A stretch of 64,000 nucleotides of DNA from Octopus bimaculoides (Eukaryota), in the NCBI RefSeq assembly GCF_001194135.2, contig NC_068996.1, positions 53,353,239 through 53,417,238 on the forward strand, read 5' to 3'. Below are positions 60,975 through 64,000 of this stretch, piece after piece. Below the pieces are notes generated by a model. The model did no database searches. It was given only the letters and a program-made list of their open reading frames with translations, and was not told the DNA's origin. Position 1 is the first letter of the stretch. The number at the start of each line of letters is the position of its first letter. The position numbers and the translations under genes are program-made.

Positions 60975-62945
60975 ATCTTATGAGAGGAGAAGGGGGAATT
61001 GGAGGAGTGGAACATGTGTCAGATGGTGAAATGTTAGAGTGTGACAGAGAGACAGAAACAGGTGTCTTGTTATAGAGGAGGAACATGATTAACTGTGAAA
61101 GAGAGAGTAGTAATAAGAAAGAAGACAGAAACCTGGAACTTCTTTTCAGATTCTGCAATAAAAGTGAGATCATCAACATATACTAGTTCCCATGTAAAGG
61201 AGATACTTGGTTACCTAGCCAGAGAGAAGAGCTAGAGGAAAGAGAGTGAGAGTGATCAAGAATGAGGGCAGAAACAGGTGTACTGCTGTAGAGAAGACGT
61301 GGTTATCCAGTCAGAGGGAGGGAGAGAGAGAGTGAGAAACAGCAAAAGTGCAAGTGAAAGAGAGTGGTGAAGTGCCAGGGTATACTCACAAGTAACAAGG
61401 ATCAGAGCATAGATGTGATGGTAGAGTAAGGAGGAGGGAGATGAATGATGGTAATTGCCAGGGCATACTGCCAGGGCATACTGCCAAGGTATGAAGGTCA
61501 TAATATATGTGGTCAGATTTGCCCAGAGGCCATGAGTAGGACATGGGGATTGCAGTGACTGGTGAAAAGATGGGGTTGGGGAATTCAGTGATACAGTGAG
61601 GGCAGGAAAAGAAGTTGGAAGACAATCATAGTATATGAAGAGGAAATGTGAGGAAGAGAAAAATGCAGTTTAGAAGAGGAGATGTAGTTTGGTTTCGTGG
61701 GGTAGGGTGTGTGAAAAGTTTGTTGCTATATGTGGGTTGGACACAATGCCTCTAGCACTCAACTTCACTGATGTGAGCACGTCTTTTCTAGAACCTCATA
61801 TTGCCAAACATCTCAGTCTAGTGTCATCTCCTCTGTGAGGCCCAACATCCTGAGATCAAGCCTCACTACTTCATCCCATGTCTTCCTGGCTCTCCCCCTC
61901 TTCCACAGGTATCGGTAACAGGCACTTCTGTATACAGCTGTCTTCACTCATATGCATCACATGTCTAAGCCAATGCATTCTTCTCTCCTGCATGCCATAT
62001 TTGATCTCTCTTATGCCTAACTTTTCTCTCAACTCAGCTGTGCTCTGTCAGTCATGCACACTGATGTTGCAAATCCAATGGAGCATACTATCTTCATTCC
62101 TCCCCAGCCTACAAATGTCTTCCGCAGTCAGAGACCATGTCTCACTACCGTGTAACATAGCCATTCTCACACAAGCATCGTACAATCTGTCTTACTTTCT
62201 GAAAGAGAGTCCTCTTGTGGACAACAGAGTTCCTTCATTCTATTCTTAATTTAGAGACAATACTTTCAAAGCATCCACCACCTTTACTAATTTGGTCACC
62301 TAAATAGCAGAAACTATCTACTACCACAAGAGAGCCTCCTGGGCATTTGAGAGAGTCTAAGTCCTTTATGCTCTAAGTGCTTATTGTTCCTGCACATCTG
62401 CCACACACAAAACCAACCTTATCTGATAACTTACCTGCAGTTCCACTGCTTCTCTTATACATCCATAGCTTACACTGGGTGCAGCGAATGGAATTACTTC
62501 CAACTCCTTTCCTACATATTGAGCAGGGCCATTTACCTGATGGAAAGAGAGTCTTATCTGTTTTCTTGCTAACAACAACTTTAGTCTTTTCTAGGCCCTT
62601 TGATTCCAAACCTGGAACTTCTTCTCCAATTCTGTCTCAGAGTCTGCAATAAGAGCAAGATCATCAGCATGTAATTGTTCCCATGGGCATCCAGTTTAGA
62701 ACTCATCTGTTATGGCCTGGAGAACTATGATGAATAAGAGTGGACTAAGAACTGATCCCTGCTGTACTCCAACTTGTACATGAAATTCACATACTACTAC
62801 ACCAGTCCTTAGGTATGGGGCCTTCCTGAATAACCTGATGAACTATACAGGTGACTAGGCTGTATCGCACACCACCTGATATTTCAATCATCTCAACAGT
62901 GATACCCGATGGTCCAGGGGCTTTCCCAGCCTTCATATCTATTCT
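60975..62945 (-). mobile_element. RTE LINE (internally deleted) with PHD-finger insert in the RT and a long 3'UTR
   Basis: MKAGKAPGPSGITVEMI; GVQQGSVLSPLLFIIVL; HADDLALIA; ESKGL..KTKV; WPCSICRKGVGSNSIRCTQCKLW..R...FVCGRC; VDSFCYLGDQI; MLHGSETW; KTWDEVVRLDL. Confidence 0.9.
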
Positions 62946-62959
62946 ATTCATATATATAT

Positions 62960-62961
62960 AT

Positions 62962-63009
<48 letters not shown>

Positions 63010-63095
63010 GTTTAACGTCCGCTTTCCATGCTAGCATGGGTTGGACGATTTGACTGAGGACTGGTGAAACCGGATGGCAACACCAGGCTCCAATG
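62960..63095 (-). mobile_element. Young RTE-type 3' terminus with long (GAT)n tail
   Basis: Identical (reverse complement) to 303-395 and 13989-14080. Confidence 0.85.
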
Positions 63096-63180
63096 AATAG
63101 AATAGATGTGTGTGTGTGTATAGAAATTTAAATAATCAGAAAATGGAGAAAACTTTTGATCAACAAACAAATTGAACCAC

Positions 63181-63452
63181 AAAGTGATAGTAAGTTGTCA
63201 ACTTAATGTGACAGTCCCATGAAAGGGAAGAATGCTACTGTTATCTAGTCCTAGGAAACACCATTTCCTGTTGGACTTGACACACTTCTTGTGTCCTGTC
63301 AATTCCAACAGGAAACGGTGTTTCCTAGGGCCAAATAACAGTAGCATTCTTCCCTTTCATGGGACTGTCACATTAAGTTAACAACATACTATCACTTTAT
63401 CATGCTGCTACTGCATAAATCTCTATGAAGGATTTAGAAATGTATTATTTCT
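63181..63452. mobile_element. 218-bp palindromic element with an asymmetric 54-bp tail
   Basis: About 97-bp arms (63181-63277 and about 63302-63398). The tail is shared with the 57-kb copy. Confidence 0.75.
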
Positions 63453-63759
63453 AAATTGAACCACATCGGTTGATTATCTTTTAATACAAAACATGACAAC
63501 ATTTCTTATGGCTGTTTCTGCTTCCAATGTTAGTTGCTGCTTACGAAAGAAATTCTGAAAATGATACTCTTCATCTTCATGGTACATTCAATCTAGTACA
63601 TGGAGCTTCATCATACCGATAGTAAATATGGATACTATTATCCCTTAGACGGTTACTACAACTGCTAACTCTGCTTACCTTTATATATATGTGTGTGTGT
63701 GTGTGTGTATAAATATATACATATATAGATGTATGTGTATGCGTGTGTGTGTATATAGA

Positions 63760-64000
63760 AAAGGCATAGGTAGAAACACTCGATCTGTAGCAAAGGCGTA
63801 GGTAGAAACTCTATAAGATGCACCCAGTGCAAGCTATGGACACATAAGAGGTGCAGTAATATCAAAGGAGGCTAACTAGGAAGATAGTTTTTGTTTGTAG
63901 CAGATGTTCAGGAGCAAAAGACACTGTAAATGTGCAGAAAACAACTTCTGCCACATTCCAGGGAGAAAAATTAGAAGTGGTTGATAGCTTCCGCTATCTT
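63760..64000 (+). mobile_element. RTE RT fragment with PHD-finger insert (runs off the window)
   Basis: SICSKGVGRNSIRCTQCKLWTHKRCSNIKG/(frameshift)RKIVFVCSRCSG...EKLEVVDSFRYL. Confidence 0.85.

Overview
This is AT-rich eukaryotic genomic DNA with several N-gaps and dense (TA)n, (CA)n, (GAT)n and (TTA)n microsatellites. The SINE and LINE repertoire looks like a coleoid cephalopod, probably an octopus; that is an inference from recalled repeat families and was not searched. The only confidently identified host gene is Rab9 (47527-48144, +), whose entire CDS lies in one exon with a splice acceptor directly before the ATG. A CpG-undepleted zone at about 19.5-25 kb, containing a CRE/E-box (CLEAR-like) cluster, is the likely and possibly bidirectional promoter. 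Three phase-compatible candidate exons of an unidentified minus-strand gene lie to its left. The rest is mostly decayed mobile DNA: three or four tRNA-derived SINE families, RTE LINEs, a Hero-like (R2 superfamily) retroelement, a Ty3/Gypsy pol, two Tc1/mariner remnants, an L1/Tx1-like remnant, MITEs and Penelope-like repeats. The most notable observations are: (1) a minimal type-I hammerhead ribozyme consensus with a palindromic stem III in three Penelope-like repeat copies; (2) an RTE family with a C4HC3 PHD finger inserted inside the RT domain; (3) an RTE insertion with twin-priming-type 5' inversion geometry; (4) nested insertions with clean TSDs; and (5) several long near-perfect hairpins. 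All alignments and CpG impressions were made by eye.
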